NCBI RefSeq assembly: GCF_009914755.1
Contig: NC_060926.1
Length of the DNA stretch: 64,000 nt
Direction: 5' to 3' (one strand)
From: the human T2T-CHM13v2.0 reference genome, Homo sapiens
Made by a program: the position numbers and the translations under genes. Below, piece after piece: positions 17,740 to 35,169 of this stretch. The notes below the pieces were generated by a model. It saw only the letters and a list, made by a program, of their open reading frames with translations. It was not told where the DNA came from and made no database searches. Every line of letters begins with the position of its first letter. Position 1 is the first letter of the stretch.

Positions 17740-18280
17740 GTATAATTTGGAACTCTTTTGGTTATGATAAAAAACACTGTACAAACTAAAAGAAGAAAAA
17801 TTGTTGACTCATGTAACTGGAAAAACTCGGGGTAAAACGGGCTTCAGAAATGGCTCTATATACACTCAAAAATTAGCAGGATGTGGTTTCTCCCTGCTCC
17901 TGGTTGAGCTCTCCTCCATGTGCTGGCTTTAATCTCTGGATCTGTAGTAGTAGAATTGCTACAGCAGTGATAGCCTCACATTCTCTCAACTTTAGGTCCA
18001 AAGAGAAAGAGAAAGATTCCCTTCCCAGTAGCTCTTAACACTTACCATTATAATCACCCTGATTGGTGCAACTTGAGTCTTACACCCATTTGTTTACAAA
18101 TCACTGAGGCCAGGATAACTGTGATGATTAACCTAAGCCTAGGTGTAATGTATTCTATCTGTGTATACACTGGATGGAATCCAACCCAAAGGAGTGGATT
18201 ACTACACTCAAATTGTTAACATTTACCAAAAAGCAGTTGGTGGCTGCTAGAAGACCAATATATAAGACACATCCACCTGA
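17740..18280. mobile_element. Old MaLR solo LTR (MLT1J/K-like)
   Basis: ttgactcatgtaactggaaaa...ggcttcagaaatggct...ctgattgg...caaatcactgaggccagga. Confidence 0.6.
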
Positions 18281-19477
18281 GTGGTGACTAATAGTTGAGA
18301 TTTTACTATTAAAACAGATTATCCGTTAGCATCAAATGTCTCCTACTTCCTGAAGAAGAAACAAGATTTGTAAAATATACATATGAACTGGGAGAAATAA
18401 TTGGAATTCAAAATATTCTTGGGATGACGTTGCTCTGGAGGCACAGTATAAGGCAGTATTACTAATCTAAATTGATGCCTGACTTTTATTCACGTGAAAG
18501 AAGAGATGTGGATGTGCAGCAGTTGAGAAGGAGGTGTGAGGGATGCTTAGCTTGATTGAGAAAGGTTAATTACATGTGAAATGAGGCTGGGATTCAGAGG
18601 ATGTTTGCTCTAGATTTTGTGTAATGTTATATTAACACTGAGATTCTCTTTATTCTATTAACAAAATAAACTCATTTTATTTGGTTTCATTTTACAGCTG
18701 CTTTCATCCCACTGAACATTTATACTATTATTTAATTTTCCTAAACATTTGTGGATAGTAAAATACCTATAGAATTAAGCAACTGCAGGATATTAAAGAC
18801 ATCCAATTCTTACAGAGATTTGATCTGCTAATTAGCCACGCCAATTTTATGGATCATTGCATCTCACTTAAAATGTATTGTTATACGTTTATAATCTTTC
18901 CATAATGAGCTTTTATTAAGTGCATGGGGCCAACTTCTGTGTGATGTACAGGAAAATCCTCTTTCCCTTACCTAAATAATACATTTGCAGACCGAGTAAA
19001 TCATAGTAACATTCCATTGAAAATGGTCCTCTTGGCATTATTAAATGGCTTATTTGGGACTGAGATAAAAATTACAAATACCTAAGGATGGAAGAGCCAG
19101 AGCGGTATCCAAAGAGGCTCAAAGAGATAACCTCAGAGAGGTAACAAAAGAGACAGGTGGAGAAGAGGAAAGTCATCATCTAAGAAATTGAGAGGCAATA
19201 TAAATTTATGGAGAAAACAAATGGAAGTCAAATTTTCTTTTATTATCACGATGATGTTATCTAGTCTTTTGCATTTCAGCTTTTCAGTTACTTAAATATG
19301 ATACACTAAAATATTCTAGTTTCTCAACAGGGTTATTAATTTTCAGAATTAATTACTGACTTTTGAAATATATTTTAAAAACTTGAAGTTTGCTGTTCCC
19401 TGAAAGGAATGGTCAGGTTGAAATGCTCCTGACAATGTTAAAATTTACCTAAGCACTGTGCTCCTGGAGAACAGTGA

Positions 19478-20093
19478 CGTATAAGTCAGGGTTCTCCAGA
19501 GAGACAGAACCTTTATATATACATAAAGGAATTTATTAGGGAGAATTAGCTCACAAGATGAAGCTCCACGATAGGCCATCTGCAAATTTGGGAAAGAAAG
19601 AAACTGTTAGTCGCTCAATTTAAGTCCGAAAGCCTCAAAACCAGGGACGCTGACAGTGCAGCCCTCAGTCTGAGGTCAAAGGCCCTTGAGCCCCAACAAG
19701 GTTGCTGGTTTAAGTCCCAGAGACTAAAGGCTGAAGAACCTGGAGTTCGATGTCCAAGGGAGGAGGAGGAGGAGGAGGAAGGAGGGAGGGAGGGAGGACG
19801 TAGAGGGGGGAGGGGGGAGGGGGGAGGAGAAGGAAGGGGAGGAGGGAGCAGAGAGCAGATTCAGCAAACAGGCTACTTATCCCTTTTCTGCCTGCTTTGT
19901 TCTAGCTATACTGGCAGCCAATTGGATGGTGCCCACCCATGATGAGCATGGGTCTTTCTCTCCCAACTCACTAATTCAAATGTCAGTCTCCTCTAGCAGC
20001 ACCCTCACAGACACACCCCGAAACAATGCTTCATCGGCCATCTAGGCATCCCCCTCAATCCAGTCAAGTTGACACCTAATATGAGCCACCACA
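19478..20093 (-). mobile_element. MLT2 (ERVL) solo LTR
   Basis: Ends gtataagtcagggttctccagagagacagaacc and cagtcaagttgacacctaat..ccaccaca; near-TSD agtga/agtgg. Confidence 0.88.
19758..19858 (+). repeat. GA-rich polypurine tract ((GGA)n, (GGGA)n, (G6A)n)
   Basis: Direct reading. Confidence 0.9.
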
Positions 20094-20277
20094 AGTGGTG
20101 ATTAAGAAATTACCCCTAACATTTTGTGTCCTAAGAAACAGCTTTCTGCAAAGAACTACCCTTTCTTATGTGATTAAGAGGAAACTTATGAGTGACCCCT
20201 TGTTTACCTATGCCAAGGCCAGACTCAGACCCTCCAAAATCTTATTATTTGTCTTATAAATAATTAGCTAATATTTT

Positions 20278-21301
20278 AATATCACCTAGGTATTAAGCCT
20301 CACATGCACTAGCTATTTATCCTGATGCTCTCCCTCCCTCTGTCCCCCTGACAGGCCCCAGTGTGTGTTGTTCTCCTCCCTGTGTTCTAATTGTTCAGCT
20401 CGCATTTATAAGTAAGAACGTGCAGTGTTTGGTTTTCTATTTCTGCATTAGTTTGCTGAGGATAATGGCTTTCAGCTCCAATCATGTCCCTGCAAAGGAC
20501 ATGATCTCATTATTTTTATGGCTGCATAGTATTCCATGGTGTATATGTACCACACTTTCTTTATCCAGTATATTACTGAGGGGCATTTGGGTTGAATCCA
20601 TGTCTTTGGAATTGTGAATAGTGCTGCAGTAAACATACATGTGCATGTATCTTTATAGTAGAATGATTTATATTTCTTTGGGTATATACGCAGTAATGGG
20701 TGTGCTGGGTCAGATGGTATTTCTGGTTCTAGATCTTTGAGGAATCGCCACACTGTCTTCCACAATGGTTGAACTAATCTACATTCCCATCAACAGTGTA
20801 AAAGCGTTCCTATTTCTCCACAGCCTCTCCAGCATCTGTTGTTTCCTGACTTTTTAATGATCACCATTCTAACTGGCATGAGATGATATCTCTTGTGGTT
20901 TTGATTTGCATTTCTCTGATGACCAGTGATGATGAATATTTTTTCATGTGTCTGTTGGCTGCAAAAATGTCTTCTTTTGACAAGTATCTGTTCATATCCT
21001 TTGCCCACTTCTTGATGGGGTTGTTTTTTTCTTGTAAATTTGTTTGAGTTCTTCATAGATTCTGGATATTAGCCCTTTGCCAGATGGGTAGATTGCAAAA
21101 ATTTTCTCCCATTCTGCAGGTTGCCTGTTCACTCTGACGGTAGCTTCTTTTGCTGTGCAGAAGCTCTTTAGTTTAATTAGATCCCATTTGTCTGTTTTGG
21201 CTTTTGTTGCTATTGATTTTGGTGTTTTAGTCATGAAGTCTTTGCTTATGCCTCTGTCCTGAATGGTATTGCCTAGGTTTTCTTATATGATTTTTATGGT
21301 T
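20278..21301 (-). mobile_element. L1PA8-10-like 3' fragment lacking its terminal ~100 nt and poly(A)
   Basis: ORF2 C-terminal peptides ([25 protein letters not shown]); 3'UTR ggtattaagcc..catgca.tagctattt. Confidence 0.92.
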
Positions 21302-22219
21302 AAAAGACTTGACATAAGTAGCATGGACTAAATATTTTAGGGAGAGGTAACAACCTGGAAGTTCTTGCACTTGGCTTGTTACATAGAAGCATATTGATTG
21401 GCTTATATATTGTTTCAAAATTGAATACTTGCCAACATTTATTTCACAGATTTCAGAAGAACATTCCTATTTTTGGATCTCTTAAGGCATCATATGATAA
21501 AGTAACCTTCAGCCCGTGTTCTGTCCTTGCCCCAAATGACAGGAGTAGAGCCACACTTGGACCTTTGGGTGGCGCCTGTATTCCCACATTCACCAGCCCA
21601 GGCCTACTTCACTCATTTGTGTGACTGCCTGCCCATGTGGCCATTTGAGTGTGTTACCTGCCATGGTGTACTCTAATCAAAATAGACTCCTATTACTGAT
21701 GAATACATACTGCCTCACACACATACACACTACTGAAATGGCCAAAGTAAACTGTTTTACTGGAATTTCCTTCTTTTATGAGCTCTTTCAGGTCAGGAGC
21801 TAATTACCCTTTACCCTTTGTCCTTTACATTCACTCTGGTGAAAACCACACTCCCAAGCTGCTTTATGGCTTCTAATCTAATTGAAGGCAACACTAGGGG
21901 CATCCTGCATGGGATTAATCTCTCAAGCAGGTCTCACCATGAATAACCCTTCCATGAACTGACAGCCTTCCTCTCATGGGTTCTGTTCAAGCCATTTTCC
22001 TGGGAGCCACGTTGCCTGCTTCTCTGCAAAATAAAGGGACCATATTAATAATTCGAATCTTAGCCCAATCTGTCATAATTGGGAGAAAGTCTCACCCTTC
22101 ATAACCTTATAAACCACTGAGAAAATCAGCATCTATCTGATTTACAATTTATTTCTTAGTATAATAATATTGAAACTTGGAGTAATACTCAAGGTATTAT
22201 TAATAATTAGCTATAAAAA

Positions 22220-23060
22220 AGTTAAAATACAATTAATGCTTTTTTAATTGGAAGAATCACAGAACATTTTTTAAGAGCATTACCTTTGAAGAGAGGAATA
22301 GGGAAGGAAGGAGGGATGATAACTGGAGGAGACTGCTTACACTTTATAACGTTAGAATTCTTACTTCCTGTATCTATAACATAAAAATTCATTAATACAG
22401 AAATATTTGGATGAGAAGATTTAGGGTACTTTAAAAATTTTTTAAAGATACAATGTAAAGTAAGATACAATAAGGTATATAATAATGTATATAATTTTAT
22501 TTGTGTAACAAAAACTTTACCTTGTGTACATATGCACATGTAAAAGCATTGAAAATGGAAAGAATGACACAAAATTAAGATGATCAGTGAAAGGGGAGAC
22601 ATGAAACAGAAAACAAAAAGAGAACATCACATTCACTTTCAGTACTTTCATACTGCTTTGTTTCTGAATTTCCTATGTTACTCGTGTAATTTTTAAAAGT
22701 AATTAAAAATTAGATGCAAGTCATAACCTTTGACCCAATAATTCCATTACTGAAAATATTCTTTAATTATTCTCACGCTAGCTGACCAAAAAAAAGTATC
22801 ATGCATATAAATACCTCAGGAAAATATTTTAGTTTTGAAAAATTAAAAATAATTTAAATATATAATTATAAAACACCTGTTAATTATAACAAATCCACAA
22901 AATGCAACGTTGCTTAGTCGTTAAAAATCCTGATGACCAAGAATATGTAATGTCGTGGAAACATTTGTGCTTTAGCAAGTGAAAAAAAGTGGAGTGCAAA
23001 ATTAAATATTCAACTTGGTAATAAAATGAGACAATTACAAAAATACTAGAGGACACATCA
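22220..23060 (+). mobile_element. Ancient L1 (L1ME-like) 3' fragments
   Basis: cctttgacccaataattccattact; A-rich degenerate L1 3'-end texture. Confidence 0.45.
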
Positions 23061-23261
23061 AATGCTAATGTGATTGTGTTTCACAAAGCATGGTTTGAAA
23101 TAAGAACTTTTGATACCTTCCAAAGTCATCTGGTCCACTGCGCATCCTGTAACAAGAACATGAAATATCCTGGGGCCAAAAGATACAAAACTGTTTGTTT
23201 AGTATCTAGAGAATTAGACTTTTATCTATTGCAACCAACTTTAAATTTATGTCCAAATATG

Positions 23262-23337
23262 CTTGTGATATCTGATGTTCAACTTAATATGTAAGTTTTA
23301 TGAGCTTTTAATACGTAAGTTGAACATCAGAAACAAG
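23262..23337. repeat. Inverted repeat / hairpin with perfect 16-bp arms
   Basis: TCTGATGTTCAACTTA (23271-23286) and TAAGTTGAACATCAGA (23316-23331). Confidence 0.92.
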
Positions 23338-25623
23338 TGGAATTTTGAACAGCCACAAAATTTCTGTACACATATTTCAGTATGAATTTATATATAAAGA
23401 AAGAGTAAAGCCTCCTGTGCAGGCAAAGAGCAAGTAGAAATTCATCTCACCCCTAGGAATTCTATTTGGTAATGGCAAAATATGCTTTCTCTATAATCAC
23501 AGGTAAATTCATTGCCAAACTCCTGTCAAATGACTTCTGTTGTATTAGAATGAGCCTATTACTGCTCTGTTTTGCTTTCCTCTTAAATGTGTTTCCATTT
23601 TAGTGTTCTTCTTTCTTCCGCCTTTGTTATTTTTCTGTTAACAATGGTGAGAAAGGAGCACCTTTCAGTCATTAGTAATATTCCAGAAAATTTAAGCAAG
23701 ATTTTTATTTTCAAGGATTTATAGTCACATTCCTGCTATAGAAAGAGTCCAGTTCTAAGTTTTCTGATTTGTCCACTCATAATGTGAAGCTACATAGAGA
23801 GCTGCGAGCCTGAAAAAACTTCTCATGAACTCAAAAATCTCATCTGGTCACCCGAGGCTTACCAGTCTCTTCTCCTATGAGTTCTTGCCTCTCCCATATG
23901 AAACCCCTATACTCTTGCTCTATTTTAATGTTTGATTAATGATGAAGTGGGATCTGAATGACAATCCAGAAAATGTTCCATAAGCAATTGACTCTTCCGT
24001 ATCCTTGATCTTCTTCTCTTACCCTGCAGTCTGTCCCCAGGTAAAACCCAGAACTTGCTGCCAGGCACTTTTCTGCAAAGTTTAGCTATTGTTAGTATGT
24101 ATTTGCTGCAAGTATTCCTTTTTCTTTTTTACATAGTTATGTATTACTTTGAATTTTTTGCAATATAAGCTAAGTTTTAGGTCACAATTTGAATTAGAAG
24201 GGTTCCAGACCTTTACCAGGAGAATAGATTTAACCTCTTAATATCTCTCTTTGTGGGCCTGTGAGGAAGCCCTATAAACTACCAAATGACTAAAAATTGA
24301 ATAATTCTTATTTTTGCAGACATAATTAGATTTCAGTTTATACCTAGGTAATTAAATCACATTCTGATTTTAGAAATATAATTTTATTTTTTTCATCAAA
24401 ATAAGCAGTATAATTGGTACCTTTTTAATAGTCCTCATACTATGTAATATATTTCACGACCACTTTACTTTTCTCAATTGTCATTTTTATTCCATTTTTA
24501 GGTTCATTAAACCATGCATACATGCAAAAAATTATAGAGTCTCACTCTGGAGGCACACAGATGATCAAATAAATTAAGTGAATCCTTTGCTACTTAACTT
24601 CTACTGCTGATACTTAACAATTGTTGTTTAGAAATAAATTAAACATATTTTTAAATGCCATCTGGTTTATCACCTTAAAAATCTACATCTTCTTGATATC
24701 TGAAAATAAGTGTTAAAATATAAAGCAACTCCTTGAAAGTCAAATCATGTTGCTAACTAAAGAAATATCACGTCAAATATTTGATTCCCAATGTAAGGAA
24801 CAGTAGAAACTCACTGAGATGTTCAGAGCAATTTAAGTGTGTTGAAGGTGTTGATTGCCTCTTCAGAAAACAATCATTGCCTAAAAGACCTGGGAAAAAT
24901 ACCCAGTAGTTTTGGAAAACACACATTTTTCCATGCATCATGAATAAAAGAGAAGTTCCTAGGAAAAATGGAAGAAGGTATCATTTTATTGCACATGCAG
25001 CTTAAAGTGAAATGGAATGGTGAGTGGCTGTTTATGCTGAGACCCTTTGCCAGAGTTTGATTCTGTCCCACAGTGAAGGCTATGTTCCACAGCAAAACAA
25101 ACTCTCAGTGTACAGTAGGTCAAGAAAAAATAATCCAGTCTCATAGGTTTTTCTTCGTTTTATAGAAAAATACAGTCCCATCTCAACAAATGAGCTGTGT
25201 TAATACATAAGAATAAGAAGGTATGTATATTAGTGCATACAGTATTCAATACACTGAAAATTAAAGGACTATCCTGATTTTATTAAGTGATAGGACAGTT
25301 TAACACTGACAATTTGATATGGAGAAAAGGGTATAGAGGTACAGGTGTTCTCCATTAACCTAATGATTCTTTGCTTTCATCACTTTCTGCATGGTTGACA
25401 TTTGCATTTTAAGAGAAGGAAAAGAATCAAACCAGACTCTTCAGTAGATGATTTACATATTAGTATAAATTAGAGAAAGAGACTTCATGTGGAGGCAAAA
25501 AATGAGTGGCCAGGGAATTAAGACTCCCTCCTCTAAAGGCACATTAGTGTGTATCATAAGTGGCTGGTTGGCTTGTTGTGCACATATCTTTATATCAAGG
25601 TCAGATGAAAGCGTTTTTTTGAG

Positions 25624-25932
<309 letters not shown>

Positions 25933-26791
25933 GTTTTTGTGAAATACAATGAAAAAATATAAGTAGAAAATCACCTACGAGATCTTTTAAGCCTCTAGGG
26001 CAGTATTAAGACACAATGTTAATGTTTTGTTTTGTTCAAAACCATGCACTATTTATAAGATAATAATAATGATAAAACCAAGACAAGGTTTATGTTACTG
26101 AATTTACTTTTTTGTAAAGAAAAGTGTTATCTAATGCCTTATTCAGAAGTCTTTTTACATGCAAAGATGGAATAGAGGCTTTTTTTTTTCTTTCAGTAAG
26201 AAATCATTAATATATTCAAGGTTTAACTTTCCTTTTACAAGTGTTTCTGAGTGTACCATATGGCACCAGTTAGTTTTGAAGGTTTTCATTTGCTTTTTAA
26301 AAATCTGAGTGAGGTTTCCTTTCATAAGCTCATACATACTGGTTATTTTCTAATAAGCATAAAACTTCTATATAACACCAAATGCATGATTTAACAGGAA
26401 GGAATAAAAAATACATGGCAATATAACAATTGGCTCATTTAGTTAGGAGCTCCTTTGAAGCTTAATAGTAAAGGATAAGCAGTCATTAGCTTATTAGCTC
26501 AAGTTGGACTCAGTACTAATTTTTTTTTTAAATAAGTGCTGGAATACATATCTTGACGAATTGTAAAATGCCTATCCCCTTTCCAGTGCCCCCTCCCTAG
26601 TTCTTTATTCACAAAGAGGAGTGAGCTATTTCCTGCCAACTGAGTCAGTTGGAATGGAAACGTTAATGTATTTGAGCAGATGTGTGTCAACATCACTTTG
26701 TAAAAAGGTTGCCTGTGCCCTTCATTGGCACACATCATCTCAGAATAAAAGACACTAAAATTATGTACTTCTGTTAGAACTCTCCTATGAA

Positions 26792-27167
<376 letters not shown>

Positions 27168-27589
27168 TCACTGGCAGGCCCTGCTGACTGTAATGAAAGA
27201 AAAAGAGTTTCGACAATATCAGTAGATATCATCCGAATACAAACTTTAGGGAATGTGAATGGGATCTGCGTTAACTAATAAGCCAGTCTTTTTTGAGCCT
27301 TATCATATTTTTCATGAAAGAACTAGTGTGATAACCTACTCTAGATAAAGGTGTTTAGATAAATTGTTTCCTGTTCAAGTTTGAGGGCCTATTTTTTTTT
27401 CTACCAGATTTTCATTTTCATTTATGTTAATTTCTAAACGGAATATTCTTATACTGTATAATTTGTCAGTTTTTGACCTACACTTTTTTCCCCAGTAAAG
27501 GCAGTAGACTAAGATTGTATCTAAATATAGTTTAAAGGGATAAATGGCATAAACTAGGTTCACCTGACTTTTATAATTTTATCTACCTG

Positions 27590-28860
27590 TATATTCAATA
27601 AATATTAATTGAGCACATATTTGCTATGCATCATTTGAAATTATATGACTGACATGGAGGCTGCAAGAAAAATACAGTACATTAAAAAGGGCAGTTATAA
27701 TGACAGGAATTATGCTAGAGGTAGGTACACAAAGTTACAACAGCAAACAGCAGCTTACTCAAAAAGACATAACTTTAGTGAACCTTTGAAAATGAGTAGA
27801 AGCTTTCTTGGTAGAAAAGAAAAGAAAGATGGGAGAAACTTGAAGGTGGTGAGAGAACATCATACAAAAAAGAAACAATTGGAGCTAATGTGGCTTGAAT
27901 ATCAGTTTGGTAGATTAACGTGGAAGTAAGTGAAGGGAAAGTTGCAGATTTTTGAAGGCATTATATATTGTCTTGGTCTTTATCCAAGCAGCAGAAAAGC
28001 ATTAGAGGATTTTAATCATAGGAGTAACACAATTAGATAGCAGCCGTGTAGAGGGCAGGTTAGCAAGAATGAGACAAGCTACAGGAAGCCACTGCTGTAG
28101 TTCACATAAAAAAATAAAGGGAACTTGAGAAAACCAATGACAGTGGAGAAAGGTAGAGAAGATGTGTAAAAGGAAGAAAGGAGAGAATGTGGTGACAAGG
28201 TGTCAAGTAGAGAGGGAGTTTTCTGGGATGTCTTCCATTCTGAGCAGGTGGTAATACTAATCTCCAAATTGGTGAATATGGGAAAAGGAGCAGATTTAGG
28301 AGTTTATTACAGGCAGGAGAGGGGAGTGTGTAGACAATGATTTTACACATTAAGTATAAGATGCCTCTAAAACGTACAGAACAGATATTCAGTAGGCGTT
28401 TGTGTAGATGTGTCTTCAAGAAAGAAGTCAGAGATGTGGGAGGATCTTTAGCATATAAATAGTAATAGTTAGGATTCAGTAAAAGATTTAGAGCAAACCT
28501 CATAAGAAGAGTGTGTAGAGTGAGAAGAAGGGAGTGCCAAGGGCATGCTGCTTGGAAAACCAATATTTAAAGGGAAATTAAACAAACTAAGTGTGTCAAG
28601 GAACAAGAAAGATAAAGGCAAAGGAGGTAGCACAGACATATGGAAAGAGTGGCATTATGGAAGTTAAAATTGTAAAAAAATCCAAGACAGAAAGAGTGAT
28701 TAATTGTATTAAATATCTAGACTGAAGTCTAACAACATAAAGCTCATGTTGAGTATGTCATTGGTGACTTTGGAGAGATGGGTTTCAGCAGAGTAGGAGT
28801 AGCAGAAATCAGCCTATGGTGCACAAAAGAATGAACAGGGAGTTTCAAAATGTTGGAAGA
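27590..28860 (-). mobile_element. L2 fragment (3' end at left)
   Basis: attcaataaatattaattgagcac terminus followed by purine-rich antisense L2 body. Confidence 0.7.
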
Positions 28861-28951
28861 TAAAAATAATATAGATTTCTAAAAATTAAGTTAATGTATT
28901 AAATAATAAATTATGACTACAGAATTTTCCCACACTTTCTGGAAAAAACTA

Positions 28952-32209
<3,258 letters not shown>

Positions 32210-32841
32210 AAGACCAATGAAACAAAAGGAGAAATGACTTACAGAGGAAATGAGGAGGAAGTCAAGATAAATGAAGGATGCAGTGGGTGTGAGAGACAGA
32301 GCTAAGATGGATGAGTTTAAGATTTCAGAAATAAGCATGTTCTCTTTAAGGTAGCCATGAATACAAATTGTCAAAGTGGAATAGAAAAAAAAATGATATT
32401 TGAGCTGAAAAGATGAAGGATTGGGATTCTAAAGTGGTAGCTTCACAAGTATTTTTGGAGTCTCCTAAAATGATGGGGAAAACTCTTACACAAAATATGT
32501 TAATGCCGATACCAAAGTTACCAAAGTTTGTGGGAAGCCAAAAATAAAGTAAGTAAATGATAAAGAGTGGTCTTATGGGAAAGAAAAGATGGCAGCACAA
32601 ACAAAGAACTAGAACATCGCTGGCCCTATGTTCCTGGCCAAGGGTAGGCATGCTGTGAATGCAGAGGAATTTTTAGTAATGAGGGTTGAAATAGGGGCCA
32701 CAACTTAGTTTTATAGCCACACTTTGGTAAGCTATGCAGGAAGAAAGAAGGCCCTATGATGTGTTTAATGATTTGTTAAAAAAAAGAAATGGTGATCTAA
32801 GAGGATACCAATTAGTGTAAAACAAGCAACAAACTATTTAT

Positions 32842-33194
32842 TGTCTTATTCTGTTTTATGCTGCTATAGCAGAATACCACAGACTGGGTAATTTATAATA
32901 ACCAGAAATTTACTGACTCATGATTTTGGAGGCTGCAAAGTCCAAGACTGAGGGGCCAGCATCTTGTAAGGGCCTTCTTGCATCGCCTCATGGTGAAAGG
33001 GCAAAGAGAATGCAAGGGTGAGCAAGAGATTGAACTTGCAGCCTCAAGTCCCTTATAATTGGCATTAATCCATTCATGAAGCCAGAGCCCTCATGACCTA
33101 AACACCTACCATTAGGCCCCACCTCCCAACACTGTTGCATTGGGCATTAAGTTTTCAACACATGCTTTTGGGAGTTTACATTCAAACCATAGCA
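32842..33194 (-). mobile_element. MST-family MaLR solo LTR (MSTB/C/D-like)
   Basis: Termini tgtcttattctgtttt.tgctgctata and cattcaaaccatagca. Confidence 0.85.
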
Positions 33195-33297
33195 GCTGTA
33201 CTCTTTAAAGTAAAATTTGTCTCTATCCAATAAAGCTATTAGGGGCATTGTTGATTACTTTCACTTCAAAGAGGTTAGAATTTCCTTCATTCTATTA

Positions 33298-34278
33298 CAG
33301 TCATTCATTGCTTAATGATGGGGATATGTTCTGAAAAATATGTCTTTAGGCAATTTTGTCATTGTGTGAACATCATAGAGTGTACTTACCCAAATTTAGG
33401 TGGTACAACCAACTATATGTGTAAGCTATATGATATAGCCTATTGCTCTTAGGGTACAAACCTGTACAGTATGTTACTGTACTGACCGCTGCAGGCAATT
33501 GTAACACAATGGTAAGTATTTGTATATTTGAACATATTTAAGCATAGAAAAGGTTCAGTAAAAACCTGGTATAAAAGATAAAAAATGGTACACCTGCACC
33601 ATTTTTCATGGCACTTATTGTGAATGGAGCTTGAGGACTGCAAGTTGCTCTGGTGCGTCAGTGAGTGAATGATGAGTAAATGTGAAGCCCTAGGACATTA
33701 CTGCATGCTGCTTTAGGCTTTATAAACACTGTATACAAACATACATATTAGCCCAGGCCTACACAGGGTCAGAATCATCAATATCACTGTCTTTCACCTC
33801 CATCTCTTGTCTCACTGGAAGGTCTTCAGGGGCAGTAACACTCAAGGAGCCTGTCATTGCCTATGATAATATAACAATGCCTTCTTCTGGAATACCTCCT
33901 GAAGGACCCAAGTGAGTCTGCTGTATAGTTAACTTTATTTTTTTTATAAGTCACTGGAGTGTACTCTAAAATAAGGATAAAAAGTATTGTATAGTAAATA
34001 CATAAACCAGTTACATATTTATTATCATTATCAGGTATTATGTACTATACATAATTGTATACATAATTGTGCTAGACTTTTATAGGACTGGCAGCACAAT
34101 GGGTTTGTTTACACCAGCATCACCACAAACATGTGAATAATGCATTACACTATGATGTTACAAATGCTACAGTATCACTAGGTGATAGGGAATTTTTAGC
34201 TTCATTATACTCTTGTGGGACCACCATGGTATATATGATCTGTCATTGACCAAAATGTCATTATGCGGTGCATGAGTG
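33298..34278. mobile_element. Tigger3-family (Golem) non-autonomous DNA transposon
   Basis: TIRs cagtcattcattgcttaatga / tcattatgcggtgcatgagtg flanked by TA on both sides. Confidence 0.88.
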
Positions 34279-35024
34279 TAATATCTACTGAAAACTTACT
34301 AATCATTCTTGGGTAGTTTCAATAAATAGAACAGCCTAAAATGTAGTCCATGCAGTTTTTGATTCAGATTGTTGATTCTCAGAGCTTAGGGGATCCAGGT
34401 GGCCTGGTTTATCCCATTATATATTTAGAAGTTACAAGTAAGCTGCGTTCCCAAGACTTTCAGATACACTGTTTAGAAATGTTATTGCTAGCAGTAATAA
34501 TCAAATTTATTCTGAGACTTGATAAAATTCAATTATACACAGGGGTTGCTGCTAGCAAATTAAAAGATATTTTTTATTGAAACCATTATTAAACAACTAG
34601 TATAACTGGCCTTTGACTTTTTTATGTTGAGTCTCTTATTCTACAGATTAAACCCATTAAAATTTTCTCCTTCTTTTAAGGCAGGCACCCCATTAAGCTA
34701 TTCAACCTTCAAACTACACTTTGCGATCTGCTTAGTTCAAATGGTTGTGTGGATTCATCTCTTGTTAAGCTTTAGTAAGCTTGCACCAACACAGCATTTT
34801 AACCTCTAAACACAGGAAAAGCAACAAACAGGTGAAGATCAACAAACACTGCAGGAAGATTTTAAATGACTAATCAGATGGAAGAAATATCTAAAAGGAG
34901 CAGGCAGGAAAACAGAATGTCAACTGTTGTAGCCGCAAGCTTGAGAAGGTGAGAATAGATGGCTGCCTGCCAAGAAAACCTCAGGCCCTGTAAATTAAAC
35001 ATGTTATTACAAACAGAATCACTG

Positions 35025-35063
35025 GTGCACATGCGTGTGCACACACACGTACGCACACACATG
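35025..35063. repeat. Alternating purine-pyrimidine tract (CA/CG/TG)
   Basis: gtgcacatgcgtgtgcacacacacgtacgcacacacatg. Confidence 0.85.
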
Positions 35064-35169
35064 AGGAAGCAATGGCAAGTTTCTAAAAGGGATTTGTAAA
35101 AGAAAACCTTTATGGTTTTGCTGGGGAACTTCCACACCCTAGAATTAGACTGAAGAGAAAGTATTACAA

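Larger units (their letters stand above)
19390..20270. mobile_element. ERV1-type (MER-group) LTR fragment split by an MLT2 insertion
   Basis: Flanks 19390-19477 and 20094-20270 rejoin across a near-TSD; ctgcaaagaactaccc...ccccttgtttacctatg..aaggccagac resembles MER LTRs. Confidence 0.5.

Noticed and set aside
24030-24040. 11-nt micro-exon (ccctgcag|tctgtccccag|gtaaaa)
   Set aside because: Motif-only evidence, weak donor, no coding context.
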